Assembly: GCA_002633005.1 (NCBI GenBank)
Contig: NMRA01000006.1
Location: 789,861-853,860, forward strand
Reading direction: 5' to 3'
DNA length: 64,000 bases
Source: Phoronis australis
Taxonomy: Eukaryota > Animalia > Phoronida
Both the position numbers and the translations under genes were made by a program. Shown here in pieces: positions 50,374 through 63,148 of this stretch. Numbering within the stretch: the stretch's first letter is position 1; each line of letters starts with the position of its first letter. The notes beneath the pieces are model-generated. The model saw only the letters and a program-made list of their open reading frames with translations, made no database searches and was not told the DNA's origin.

Positions 50374-52177
50374 CCACAACTTCATAAAGACTTTTTTGTA
50401 ATTCAGTCAAAAATTTTAGATTGTGCTTATTGTGCTACAATTTTCGAAATTTTTGATTAATTTATAACAGAAATAAGCCTTATTGAAGTTTGACTTACTG
50501 ATAGCATATTGATATTTTGTTCACAATTCTCATTTTGCTAATCTAATCGATTGATTGCATTCTGAAAAAAAAACAGCTCATTTATTGTCTAATTCATTGA
50601 TTACGTTCTGAAAACAAAATCAGTTGATAAGCTGAATGGTTTTCGGCATTTTTTTACTTTGTCAAAAGGAGGCAAGGCTTTTAAGGTTAAGAAATGATAG
50701 TTAGGTGTCAATTCTTTCTTGTGTTTTTATAGTGAACTCGTCGTGGCGCGGGACGAAAGCGAAGATGAAATGGCAAATGAAAATACTTATGAAAAAACGA
50801 GATCGGCAAAAGTGACGTAACACTACAATGGAAGTTATGAAGTGAATCTATTTGTCACATGGAAGGAGCAAATTACATGAATTTTATTTGTCTTTTCAGA
50901 ATATGAAACATTTTAATTCGATTACTATATTTCAAAATTCAAAGCAATAACACATAAAATGTGTCCGTTTAAAGTGTTTATTTTCTTATTCCTGTTCTTA
51001 AAAGCATAACACGCATACTGTTCAATGTAGAATTCGACAACGTAAATGTTTAGTTGTTTGCTGCTCTAATTTTCCAGATATATCCGATTCGCCAATTGCA
51101 GTGAACGCACGGTGTAATATCTTGGTTACTAGTATTTGAAAATGGATGTATATGAATATACACCCATGAATTATCATGATTTCCATTGTTATTAACACGT
51201 TTTGATTAAAATACATTTAATAAGAAACGTAGAAAAACGTGTAAATAATGACAAAAATTTAGGTGTCACATCACACGGCTAGACCAGTGTTGCGTTCCAT
51301 CGACGCAAGAAAGTTGAGGAAACGCAAGTACGCAAGAGTCTTCGCGAGATACCATTATGCATTACAAGAGAAGCTCGTGATATCATTTGCTGTCCATTTT
51401 TGAGTCTATGGAACCGTTAGCCTAGGGGTGGCTTGGGTGAAACTTACAAAATTTCAGTTGCATTCTTGCGTGACGTCAAAATAGTACTTCAATAATAAGC
51501 AATGTGTGATGGAGCTATGTGAGCGTATTACCCTGCAAACAAGTTTTCTATAATTGGGCTCAGAAACTAGCTCTGACTCAGTATATCTCTCATGATTGGA
51601 AATCCGGGAATTTTGTTTACCTGTTTCGAAGACGAAGGGAGGCGTTAGAATAAAGCGATTTGTTTGTAGTTTCCATAAACAGTAAACGCGCTTCAAAAAT
51701 GATTAAGTGAACTGGGTAGATGTACATGTAATCATACAAGAAAAGCAACAACACATCGAGAACGTCGGGGCACTGCGTATTTTGAGATCGTGAAGTCATG
51801 TGAGAATTGTCTCAGGCACCGCGATTGTCGGTCAACTTAAAACTTACCAAGGTTACGAAGGCGAATCTAGTCGCAGATAATAAAAGTATGGCAGCAATGG
51901 GCAAGTGTCATTCAATTTATAGTACACCCGTATGAAATGTTGGCGCCAAACCACAATGTTAAAAAGCTAAAAAATGTAGCGGCTGCATTCCATAAAGGCT
52001 GAGGTTTCGTGGCTTATATATGGCACCTGGTGTATCAGGACGATCTGGTGAAAGTTCAATGAGGAAACATCGTAGGCCTATACAAGCTGCATAATTATAG
52101 CATCGAAAAATTCCAAGAAGCATATTTAACCACATATATTCCGGGACTCCGGTTACCTTTTCAACAACAGTTAGTTT

Positions 52178-52750
52178 CTAATCGCTTGTAGAGTGTGCTT
52201 TTCGTACACTACTAAGCCATCTTAAGACACGATCATTCCGCTCGCCAGTAGAAGTTGCCGGAGGGGTTCCTCCTGCATTGCTACCAGCGAGTGACGAATT
52301 ACTTCGCCTAGAAGAAATACTACATATAGACCGAGAGTCAAAATTAGTGTCCAACGTGCTTATGCTTTCAAAGAACACACTGTCTCTGCTACGAAGGTCT
52401 TGACAAAATCGAGGTTCCAGAAGCGATGAATTGTCCAGTCCCATTTCATTAAAGAAACGTTCCAAGTCGGTATTTGCTCTTGATAACTTTGAGGCGATTT
52501 CCGAGAAGTCACCACTGTTACGAGCATAACGATGACTGAGATCTGAACGGGATCTTTGCAGCGTACACACGGATCGTGGTCGACGTCGCAATACAGGACT
52601 GGTACTTTGTACACTATCCGGAATCTTGAGGGTCATGTGCTGTCCTCTCTCTGGCACTCGTAGTTTTACTGGTGACGACAAGTCGCGTTGTCTCCTTAAA
52701 ATTCGTGGAGACGGACTTTTTGAGCGACAAGAAGGCGATGGCTTCTGCAT
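52178..52750 (-). CDS. FAM110: FAM110 family protein (C-terminal domain)
   Basis: LQRSRSDLSHRY, DLERFFNEMGLD and ERNDRVLRWL match FAM110 motifs (RSKSDLS, DVERFFNYCGLD, ERNARIIKWL). gccATG context; 5'UTR splice acceptor at 52910. Confidence 0.85.
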   Translation of the reverse strand: MQKPSPSCRSKSPSPRILRRQRDLSSPVKLRVPERGQHMTLKIPDSVQSTSPVLRRRPRSVCTLQRSRSDLSHRYARNSGDFSEIASKLSRANTDLERFFNEMGLDNSSLLEPRFCQDLRSRDSVFFESISTLDTNFDSRSICSISSRRSNSSLAGSNAGGTPPATSTGERNDRVLRWLSSVRKAHSTSD

Positions 52751-55112
52751 GGCAGCTAAAATGTCAATGTTCGTTTTAAAGGGTCTAAAAAGAAAATTCC
52801 TTCAAGCAACACCTGCAGTCATAACAATTCTGCTTTGTTCTTCCATCAGGTGTGGTATGTGCGTAGAGACAAGTGAATTATTGCGTGAAGTTTCCTCAGC
52901 GAATTAAACCTGAAAATCATGAAATGAGACAATTCATCAAAGCTGATACTTCCTTGTCAGGACCAATTTCATACATTGTATGTCCCATAATATGATTCCT
53001 TTGCCTCGATTTTCAAGTTCGGCCGGTGATTGTGCAGACTCGTGCCCGTCTTATTGACAAACCTGAAACTCTCCTCGGGGAATTTTCTATGACTTAGACC
53101 CCGTTTTTACGAGATAAACACGCATGAATAACTACAAGGGTAGTCTTATCTGCCTACTTTTAGGATTACATTCCTTCAATCATATTTTCAACTACTACCA
53201 ATGAAACTATGTATTTTCATCCTTGATAACCATAGGAACATATATTGTGTACACAAAATCAGGTTATTTGCATAGTCTCGTGACCGTCGTTTTGTGATTT
53301 TCAAAGAGATCACGGTAACTTCAATGAACGTAAAATTCTAAATAGCACCAAATATGTAAATTTGGTTTTCTTTTTTATGTTAGTTACGTAAGTGTTGTTA
53401 GGATTTTTCTTTTATGCCCTTTAACTCCGAAATCTTGGCTGTCGATCATAAATGTAGAAAACGCCCACGAAAAGATTTTGAAGCAAATGGAATGCATGGA
53501 TAGAGATAGTAAAATTTCACACGTGGACGTTACTGCAGTCTCCGTAAAAATAGTGACTGTTTTTAAGCAAAACAAGACCACGTTACGCAAATGTCCTGTC
53601 ATTATGATGTGCATTCATATAACATACTTCTTTGGCCCCTAAGGATTTTAATAACTATATCACTCCATGGGATGTATATACACTATCATTCAATGGGACA
53701 TTAGAAGAAATGGAGTACTGTAACGAAGTTGGTAGAAACCTAAATTGAATGACATTAGTGGTGAATCTGACTTAATGAGATACATGTACACATTACCGTG
53801 CATAAGTGCTTCCATTAATAAACATTGAACACAAAGTGCATTGCGTTTACTTTATGGCGCAATGATTGGCGTTAGTCACACCCGGCCATACTGTACCCGA
53901 TTACGAATATGAATAAACTAAGTAGGACAAACGTATCTGCCACAATGGATCGGCGAAGATCCCATCAAAAATTACTTTGAAATATTCTTGATAATTTTCT
54001 TTAAAAATAGCTTATGCCATCGATAAGTCAAGGTTGTAATCTTCGGTACTAAAATCACCGGTGGAAACCATGAGAACAATTAATGGTTAAATCTCGAAAT
54101 TAAATCAACCGTTCGTGAAAATTGTTTAGTGTCTGCAAAAGGGCTTGTGGTAAAACAAAATTACTTTCGTTGGGAAGGTGATGCCTGGAGATAAATTCAG
54201 TTTGGCTGGTTCACCATCACAGGGAAAAGATAATACGATTTCAAGTAGCTACAATGCGCCCTTGGTTTGAATATTGACGGAGACATATAAGTATTCACAT
54301 AAAGAACACATAGCAAAATAACATGAGGCAGTTTCAAACAATTTCACTGAAAACTGTATTCACTGGTATGTCCGTCTGTCATATTTATTGTGAACATTGA
54401 ATATTTCAAGAACAATACTATCGGTAGGTGTGAAATTTCAATCCCGGAGGATTTCAGTCCCTGAACTACCCGAGTTGGCGATAGCGGAGCACCCAGTGAA
54501 CTTGGCGACGAGGCGAAATTGCAACCCAGTAATAGATTCATCTTTCAACGAGACTGATAAATTATCAATTTCAATCTAAACTCTTCAGATCGTCGTTCCA
54601 TGAAATACAATTCTCATTGATACATATTTTCCAAGAAATTTAAAGAGGCATGGAACACCAAAGCTGATCAAAAAATCTTTTAAACAATTCCTGACGAAAG
54701 TACTGTCTCGCAACGTCTAGCACAGAGTAATTCACTTCCCCTTTGAGGAAAATTCTAGAAGAAAATCACAAAATTCATGATTTTTGAAATACGCGCGAAG
54801 GAAAAACTGTGGTTACCACAAACTTTCTAATCTCCCTCCCTCTTATGATAAATGCGCGCATGCGCTTTACTGTCAGTCACAATTTCCATGTAAAAGAAAT
54901 GTGCTACGTCTATGTCTTGCCATACCAAATAAGAGACCTGCTTTGCCTCGTGGGAGAAAAATTAACGAAGAGGCGAGCAACTGACTAATATTTTTTTGAA
55001 ATTTGAAACTAAAAGAAAGTGATGTTAACAGAAATTAAAAATATTTACGAACAAGCCCTAAAAATTCCTGGTGAGCAGGTTGAATTCTGTTTCAGTGACA
55101 TAGACCCACTTT

Positions 55113-55253
55113 CATGGGCGGCGCATCACTGAAAAAAGTGGGGGGCTATAGCCCCCAGACATCCTGTGGTGCACCGCTCATGGACCTTGACGGCGCAGCA
55201 CTTAAAGAAGTGGGGCTATAAACCACCTGCCCCCCTATGGTGCGCCGCCCATG
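55113..55253. mobile_element. GC-rich MITE
   Basis: 13-bp TIR CATGGGCGGCGCA / TGCGCCGCCCATG. Flanks ACTTT / ACTTC form a near 5-bp TSD. Confidence 0.7.
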
Positions 55254-58200
55254 ACTTCCAATATTACAATTTAGTTTATTCATTGCGTTCCAGGCCTCTT
55301 GCAAGTATTGTTTGTATAGGGCGGCAGCTAACAAATTTCCAAGATCAAACAGCTGCAATGCGGAGACTTGTGAAGACCAATAAGAACCGAGTTTTTAATA
55401 GACTTTCGCGTCCTCAAGGAACTACATTCCTAAGTTTCTTTCCATTAATTCAATTTCCTTAGTCAGCGAACATTGAACGTATTACTGTAACACTCATGCT
55501 GTATGATCCAAAAACGATTTCTATGGAAAAATGACACCTGCACACGAATCAGGTAAGAGGTATGTCGACCCAGTTCAGGCTACAGCACCAGTGCCGTATT
55601 GATTTGGAGACATGTTTATTGTCTGCTCGTTATAGATTTTATCTTGTTAGGGACTAGCCCCATGTGTACGATGGAAGTAATGGTGATTTAAAGCCTACGT
55701 AATGTCAGCTCTTAATTAGTGCCTAAACTACGACCGTATTCGTTGTTATTGTATAACACCCGAGGCGTCAAGGACGGACTAAAAGCGGAAACATAATTGG
55801 AATGGAAATTAAAACAAAATTAAAACAGTTAAATTAAAACTCCCTTGTCCACTCCCCTCTCCGCTTCATTTGACCCTTACAACATAAAGCAGGCCTAACG
55901 ATGCACACATTATTCTACTAAGATAACTGACACTAGTGTGTAGTTATGTATATCCAAAGTGTTCCGTTATATGACGATTCACCGTGATCATTGCAAGCAA
56001 AGTGTAACAAAGTGAATGAGGTGGAATTTAGCCTGCAATTGATAGTGTAATTCAAGTTACGTTAGTTAGAGGCGGGCAGGATGACATCGGCGTTATTCAC
56101 AATAAAAACTGAAACATTAGTTTCTCGCATTAATACCAATCTTATTTTTGAACACGAAACACATTAAAACGACGAAAGTCAATGAAACCCAAATATATAG
56201 TTGACAATGCTGAAGCTAATCCACGTATGAAACATTCGTTTTTGTGGTGGTTGCTTAGCGACACAGTTCCCCTAAGAATTGATTCGAAATTAGATTTTGC
56301 ATTATATCGCCGCCTAAATATGTTGCGGCGAAGACCAATTTTAGGTTTGAGCAGGATTGCGAGAAATATGCCCTTCAATGAATTTCTGAAACTTTCATGA
56401 ACACCAAAGACAATGACAATGTTTCTGGTGAAATACCGATAACGAAGTAATCAAATATCAAATCAAACTGTTGTAAATCACATATACTTAATCGTCATTA
56501 CCAGTTGAAAAATTTTATACCGGTGTGGGCACTTACCCCCTCTACACCGAGCGTCTTGCCTTCGTTCTGCATATCAGTTGCTGTAACTTTTGCAGTAGCT
56601 GAACTGAGTTCGTAGTCCTAATAACTCTTTACCGCATATAACAAACTTCAATTATTCATTAAACTAGTGATGAAAGTCGTGCACACAAGCCTTAAGAGCA
56701 ATTACTGTGCAAGCTAACGCGTTGTTAAAATATCATCTTACCATTCAGAAACCCATAATGTATAACTGTAGTTGTCGATCTGTTGGAGGTGTGAGTCACA
56801 CCCAGGCGGCTCTACAGGAACCTATCGGAGAATACTCGTGTTGATTCCTTGTTTTGACTGTTGTAATCTTCACCCGTGATAATGGCTAAGAAGCACAATA
56901 GACATGCAGTCGGTCGATAGCGGATGTGTAGACAGAATTAGATCAGCTAGCAGAAAATCGATGTTCGTTCTGACATGTGTGTATTTATCTAATTTAAAAG
57001 AATGACGTAGTAGTCAGATTTGTTCATCTTCAGCGGAGAAATGAACTCCATGCCGAGTTATATGAAGTCTAGTTTTATCGATTCTCGCAATTAACACAAC
57101 AGAGGGCCACAGCCCGTAACAGAATAGTGACAGTTTTGCACTTGTCTTCCAATTTTTCTTACTAAAGGTACTCCAAGTTCTCGTTTTGCCCCAGTTTGGA
57201 ACATTAGCAACTCAAGAATCCCAATATTTTGTTTAAGTTAAGAACATACCGTAAATTACGGTTAGTTACTGTAATTACTTTACATTTTACAATAGGTCGG
57301 TTGAAGTTCACAAAAGCTTTTGTCTCATTCACAGCTCTAGCAGAGGTGTTCAGAACTGCAATTAAAAGTTCTTTGTTTGGCAATATTTTCATCATTTTGA
57401 AAAAATCTGATACCAGACTAAAAGGCTGTCATTTATCAATAAGTTTTGTCATAACTGGTCTGCATTAAAATAATCTTGTAAACTATAGAAAGGGTGTACT
57501 AAATGGAACAAATACAACTGTCCTTAAACAAATCGGACAATCGCTTTTTTCAGAAAACTTATTCAGTTCCACCAATGGGAATCAGCAATAGTTGTCAAAA
57601 TAAGCTACACAATAAGGTCGCCCTCAAAGCCGAGAAACAACTAAAATAAAACACTGAAAGGGCACTCCAACATGCAAATGCGACAACATTCATGTTCAGG
57701 GCCACCGGGTCGTATGCTTTGGAGCGGGGGTCAACGGACGTTTTTCACTTACAGTTCCGAGAGTGATTCGTCCCCGCAACAGTTTTTTATTAAAGTGCTC
57801 TAAAGCTTTGACAGTGATGTTTGTTTTTTGTTGAAATATCATCGTAACATTTGACAAAGGCCCATTCCGCCACCAGTGACTGGCACACAACTACAGGCCC
57901 GTAGCCAGCATTGCGCTGGGGGTGGTTCGAATTTCTAGTGCGGTGGATCTTTGATATTTTGCAAAAGTCGAGACTGTAGAGTTTTCAGTTAGGCCCTTAA
58001 TTGACGCAGCTTAACTAGGGGGGAGGGAAATCTATATACACTACGACGATTCTCACCTCTATGTTCCCAAGATCAGACAGAGTTCGTAATACCAGAAATG
58101 AGGATTCCCTGACGGTTGCTCACACAGAACGGGACCCAAATTCGATGACGTAGCGATAAGTAGTGTCAAGGTTACTGGTCAGATAATAAATACCAACAAA

Positions 58201-58439
58201 GAAATCATCTTTATATACAGTACATGTACATATAATGTGGTCCAGAAAGAGAATGTTCCCGCGTCACCCCCTGCCAAACTTTCAAACCGGGCGTGCTTAA
58301 ATGAGTGATTACACTTCATTACACACTCAGACAGAAATATTTAGTAGGAGCATGATCGACTTGAATATTTTGATCTGGTTGTATTTTACGTGTTACTTAA
58401 CTTGCTTACATCGCTGGAAATGGGAACAAGTAGTATTCC

Positions 58440-58580
58440 AAAGGTTCACTACTCTGAAGGTTCACTACTGAAAGGTTCACTACTTTGAAGGATCACTACT
58501 TTGAAGGTTCACTACTCTGAAGGTTCACTACTCTGAAGGTTCACTACTCTGAAGGTTCACTACTCTCAAGGTTCACTATT
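58440..58580. repeat. 16-bp tandem repeat (GAAGGTTCACTACTCT)n
   Basis: About 9 copies upstream of RSPH10B. Confidence 0.92.
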
Positions 58581-58729
58581 CCGAGCTTGTTTATCGGCTA
58601 AAATTAGCCCCGGAGGACTGGAGGCCACCTCCGGTCCGTAGTCTGTGACAACTGGGACCGCCGTGCGGGGGCTCTCAACTTACATCTGGTTAACAATATT
58701 AACCCAAAGAGGACGCTGGCTCACGTATC

Positions 58730-58802
58730 AGTAGCCAATAGCATGTGCGGTTTTTGTGTGCTGCGAACTTGCACAACACGGCTTCCAATCAGCCATGGCA
58801 AC
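58730..58802 (+). promoter_or_regulatory. Putative RSPH10B proximal promoter: two CCAAT boxes and an X-box-like site
   Basis: CCAAT at 58735 and 58785. TCAGCCATGGCAAC (58789-58802) overlaps the ATG. Confidence 0.4.
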
Positions 58803-58822
58803 TAAAGAGAAAAAGGGGAAAG
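58795..58822 (+). CDS. RSPH10B: Radial spoke head 10 homolog B, first coding exon
   Basis: gccATG GCA ACT AAA GAG AAA AAG GGG AAA G|gtgaat (MATKEKKGK). Phase 1 matches the next exon. Confidence 0.65.
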
Positions 58823-59177
58823 GTGAATTTTAAGTGTATTTTACCCTATGTTAGGTCGATATTATGTCATCGACGTTTGAGAAAGTTTTTTTCAACACAA
58901 AAAGTTTCACTTTGCCCATTTATCTGTTTTATTGTACTCCTCAAAATGCCAGAGTAAAAAAATTCACTGGCTAGCATGTTCAAGTTCAGCGCTAATTTAA
59001 TAAAACAATTATGATTTAAGGCTATCTTTTGCGCATTTGTCAAAATACAAACATGTTCATTCTGTCACCACCCTCACCCAAAGTGGCTCTATGTGTATAT
59101 ATCTGGCTCAGGTTGCATCGGGAAAAATCATGCACTTTGCTTTTTCCCACAGCCGGTGTTGAACATGACGGGTCTCC

Positions 59178-59420
59178 TGTTGAAAATTTCCGTCTCCTGC
59201 GAGGCTTGCACCCTGGTTGCACAAGCAACGGTCAAGCATCTAAACCATTCGAATGTAGAAAAGTTCCGTCTCCCGCGAGACTTGAACCTGGGTTGCACGA
59301 GCGACGGTCAAGCATCTAAACCATTCAGCCAAGAGGCAATTGCCACTTTGCAAGCGGCTTAAAGAGAGTCTTTATCTGACTTTAGTGACTATACATGTCG
59401 TCACAACCGGAAGGCACTAC
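59178..59420 (-). repeat. tRNA-derived repeat (two tandem tRNA-like heads)
   Basis: Minus strand TGGCTGAATGGTTTAGATGCTTGACCGTCGCTCGTGCAACCCAGGTTCAAGTC has A and B boxes. A related copy lies at 59925-60085. Confidence 0.6.
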
Positions 59421-59570
59421 TCCTTCTTCTGTGGAACAGGCACGCTGCCTGGCTTTTAGATCTTAGCAACACCCTAGCATCCTGGAATTAGACCTGAACA
59501 ATGCTCTCTTTGTGCTCTGAATCTAACACCACCAGGTCACCCACCCTCCATCCACCACTATTCATCTCAC

Positions 59571-59884
59571 CAGGGCTTGGAATTTTCCGCGGAAACGCGG
59601 ATTTCCGCTTTTTTCAAATGTGCTTTCCGCTTTTTTTATAATATTTCCGCGTAAAAAAATCGGATTTGATATAAAATTTCCGCGGCAAATTCCTTTCTTA
59701 CCGCGGCGTTGCAGACGACGCATGCTACTGATGGTGGTAACGTTTTTTTTTTTTTTTTAGTTCTCCCGATTTTTGTCGGGGAAAGGTTCACATTGACCAT
59801 TTCAAGGCAGGTTATCGGGCATGATTTGGGCCGTAAAAGTTTCGAAGTTTCCGCGTTTTTTGTCATTGGTCATTCCAAGCCCTG
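59571..59884. mobile_element. hAT-like MITE with 6-bp TSD (TCTCAC), internally deleted copy
   Basis: CAGGGCTTGGAAT...ATTCCAAGCCCTG flanked by TCTCAC. Homologous to 32548-33078 in inverted orientation. Confidence 0.9.
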
Positions 59885-59924
59885 TCTCACGGTTAATCGT
59901 AGTTTTTCCTTAGTTGGGCGCCAA

Positions 59925-60085
59925 TGTAGAAAATTTCCATCTCCTGCGAGGCTTGAACCCAAGTTGCACGAGTGACAGTCAAGCATCTAAACCATTCGGC
60001 CACTTAGACTGAGGCAATTGCCACTTTGGCAAGCGGCTTAGAGAGGCTTTATCTGATTGACATGTCGTCATAACAGGAAGTCACG
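59925..60085 (-). repeat. tRNA(Asp)-like repeat copy
   Basis: TGGCCGAATGG...TTGA-CTGTCAC-TCG...GGGTTCAAGCC. The anticodon-loop-like CTGTCAC carries GTC. Confidence 0.55.
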
Positions 60086-61487
60086 TTTCACAACACTCTA
60101 GTGTGCTAATTCAGTTGAGTCTCCTAACTGATTGCCAAAGAGAAATTACCCATTTGCAAGCAATTTGGACATGGTTTTATTTGACTGTACGCCACACTCG
60201 GAACTGAAAATTCATAACACATCTTGATTGGATACTTGATCGTGTGCAACTGGGGAGTCGTTCCCTGCAGTTTGGGGGCTGGGCTGGGAGGCTGGGCATG
60301 TCATGTTCATTCTCAAGGTTTCATGTGTGCACCTCTTGCTCTTGGTCTTGGATCTTACCTTAGACATTGGGTGCTGCGATGGAAAAGTCTGCTTTTTCCC
60401 AACGGGACGGCTGTCAAACACAACTGGCGTGCTAGTGTGCAAGCCAAGAATTCAAACTGATTGGCTGATGACAAAATCAATTGGCCATTAGTGAGCAATT
60501 TAGAGAGCTTTTTGTTTGACTGTATGTCACAATCCTTGGCTAAATAATGCATCTCATTCACTAATAAACACAGGAGCATGGTTCACTGGTCTGTAAAGTT
60601 CACTGACTTACAAACTCATGCCCAGCCTAACAAACTGCTCACTGACTCGCATCTACTAACAAGCACATGGATTATAGGAGCATGGAGCCTGTGCACTGTT
60701 TTTAAGTGCCAGGACAATGTTTTTTGGTCTGAAAACCATATTTGTCAGTGAACATGAATTTAAATGCTGCCATACTTCCTTAGAAGATGTACGGGGGACG
60801 TGCCGCTCTGAAGTGTGACTTTTGGATGGCCAGTTTCCGTTGCCTTTTCTGAATGAATTCCCTATGAAAGGATATCTTTTCTGAACAAATTTCCTGCAAA
60901 GGGTTGTCTTTGGGAGTTCAAAACATTTGCCTTTTTCAACTTACAAATCCACAGAAGGATTTCAATATTATCTATATTTTAAAAAGTTTGATTGCAAATG
61001 ATGTGCCTATGTCTGGCAACATGCTATGTCTTTTTACCTTTTTGGGCTTAGTATATTAAAAATATTGTCCAAGAATCTCTATATAAGTTGGATTAAGTTT
61101 AAAGAATTAACCTACAAAAGAGTGGCATTTCTGGAACAAAACCATATAAAAAGGTGACTTTTCCATGGAAGCTACCTTGAATCATATTTGCTTTTTCCAA
61201 TCCACTCTCTGAATTGGTGAATATCCTAATTTGCCAGCTGTACACCCCGTCAAAATATCAAAATATTGTTGTGTACTCCCTTGTGCTGGCATAGTTCCTG
61301 AGTCGGTGAATAGAATGCACAGGTCAGTGAGCCTTCTTCATAAGTTAGGAACTATGTTCATATGTGCATGAGGCGTGTTGTTCCCTGAATATCTACGTTT
61401 TTAAGCTTCTGAAAGTCTTCATCATTCCCCTGTATGACAGGAGTACTCAGTGCGATTTTTAACTGAATTTTTTATACGCACTCACAG

Positions 61488-61680
61488 GGAACAAGGATGA
61501 CAAGAAAGGCAAAAATAAGTTAGAAGAAATGCATATTCCTGAAGAGAAGAAGGATGAGGATGCCCCTGTGGAGACAGAGCCTGTTGTGGAAGAACAAGTT
61601 GAGGAGGAGCTGCCCCCCAAGGAGCCAACACCTGAACCTGTATATGATGAACCCACATTGACAGAGTTGATAGTGGAGAG
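61488..61680 (+). CDS. RSPH10B: RSPH10B exon 2
   Basis: tcacag|...|gtgggt. Encodes NKDDKKGK...PEPVYDEPTLTELIVES, matching the RSPH10B Y(E/D)EP.LT.LIVES motif. Confidence 0.85.
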
Positions 61681-63003
61681 GTGGGTACTTCAAACTTAAT
61701 TCCCTGCTGTTTAGCTGACAGAAATCTAAATTATTTATAGACAACTTACCTGGCTTGTAATGAGCCTAGAATTTTTCCTTGCTGTGATAAATGTTTCTTA
61801 TTTGCAACAAGAAGCATCAATCATAGATGATCGCGCAATTCCAACTGAATGTTGAAAGTGAATATTTTCACTTTCCATTATCATTCACTGTATGACATGG
61901 ACAGCCACAGGCAGTGCAATAAACAAAACTAAAGGCAAAACAAAAATTTTGTGTCCACATTGCAACTCAATGCTAGTCTCAACTGTTGCAATATCCGCAT
62001 AATATATAAATTAAATCTTTATTTTGCATTGATCCCTATAGCATATATGTTGCTGTTTGAAAAGACTTATCAATCACAAATACCACAATGCAGTGCCACA
62101 GTTTGATTCTGGGGTCTTTACCCATAATCCTCTGCTTCAGTTGGGCACTGATATCACTGCTGCCGCATGCTAATCACTATGATACATCAAAACTGATTCA
62201 CCATTTCTTATTTTAATGCAAAATTAATTTGTACTTTAATTTGTATATTGAGTTACAATACTGACTAATGAATTTTGAAGAGTTGAGTGGTGTTTGATTA
62301 ATCGTTTTTCACTTGTCTGACTCAGCTCAGAGGAGAGTTGAATTTGGGTAGTGGGATTTCATCTCAGTTACTTGGCAAATTTTTGTTGGCCATTTTCAGG
62401 CCATGGATCATGGACATTACCAGGTGAAAAGTTTGGGAAGAGAATTGAAAAGCTTCTGCTAAAACTCACTATAATTTCCTCCCAGTTCCTGAGCAATTTT
62501 CCTGAAGTTTTGATTAATGATTTTGTGATTTTTATTGCTTAGATTGTTTAGTCATTTTATTCCCTTGCCATGAGCAGTGATGAGTCACCTATTTTCTTCA
62601 AGATATGTTCTGTTGAATATGATGATACTCCATATTACAATTACGGTACCTCAACAGGCACTCCAGTTGTGCTATTTAACAGAATCCTTCTTAAAGATAA
62701 TTTGCTGTGGCCAAATTCTCTGTCTTCCAGACGCCTATTTTGTGAAGTACTTCATGAAAGTACTGTCTGGCTCTTGTGCTTGTGTCATTTCAATTCAAAG
62801 ATTTTATCTTATTAATAGCCCAAATTAAATGGTTTGTTTTTCACAATAAAGAGTCAGTGTTTGCCAAACAGCACAGTATTCTTTTTTGTAAACATTTGAG
62901 TACTACTGAATGGGCATCATTAAATAAAATCTAAACTAGTGCCTGTTGTGTTCTGTACAAAATGTTACTCTTAAAGAGAGTGTTCATTTATTAACTATTT
63001 CAG

Positions 63004-63148
63004 TTATGAAGGAGAGAAAGAGAAGGGACTATATGCAGGAGAGGGCGTAGCCTACTTCACTGGAAGTCATTTGTATGAAGGGAACTTTACTGATGGAATG
63101 ATGAATGGGCGGGGAAAATATACCTGGGCAGATGGAGTAGTGTATGAG
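63004..63148 (+). CDS. RSPH10B: RSPH10B exon 3 (MORN repeats); the gene continues beyond the window
   Basis: tttcag|...|gtatgg. Encodes YEGEKEKGLYAGEGVAYFTGSHLYEGNFTDGMMNGRGKYTWADGVVYE. Confidence 0.9.
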
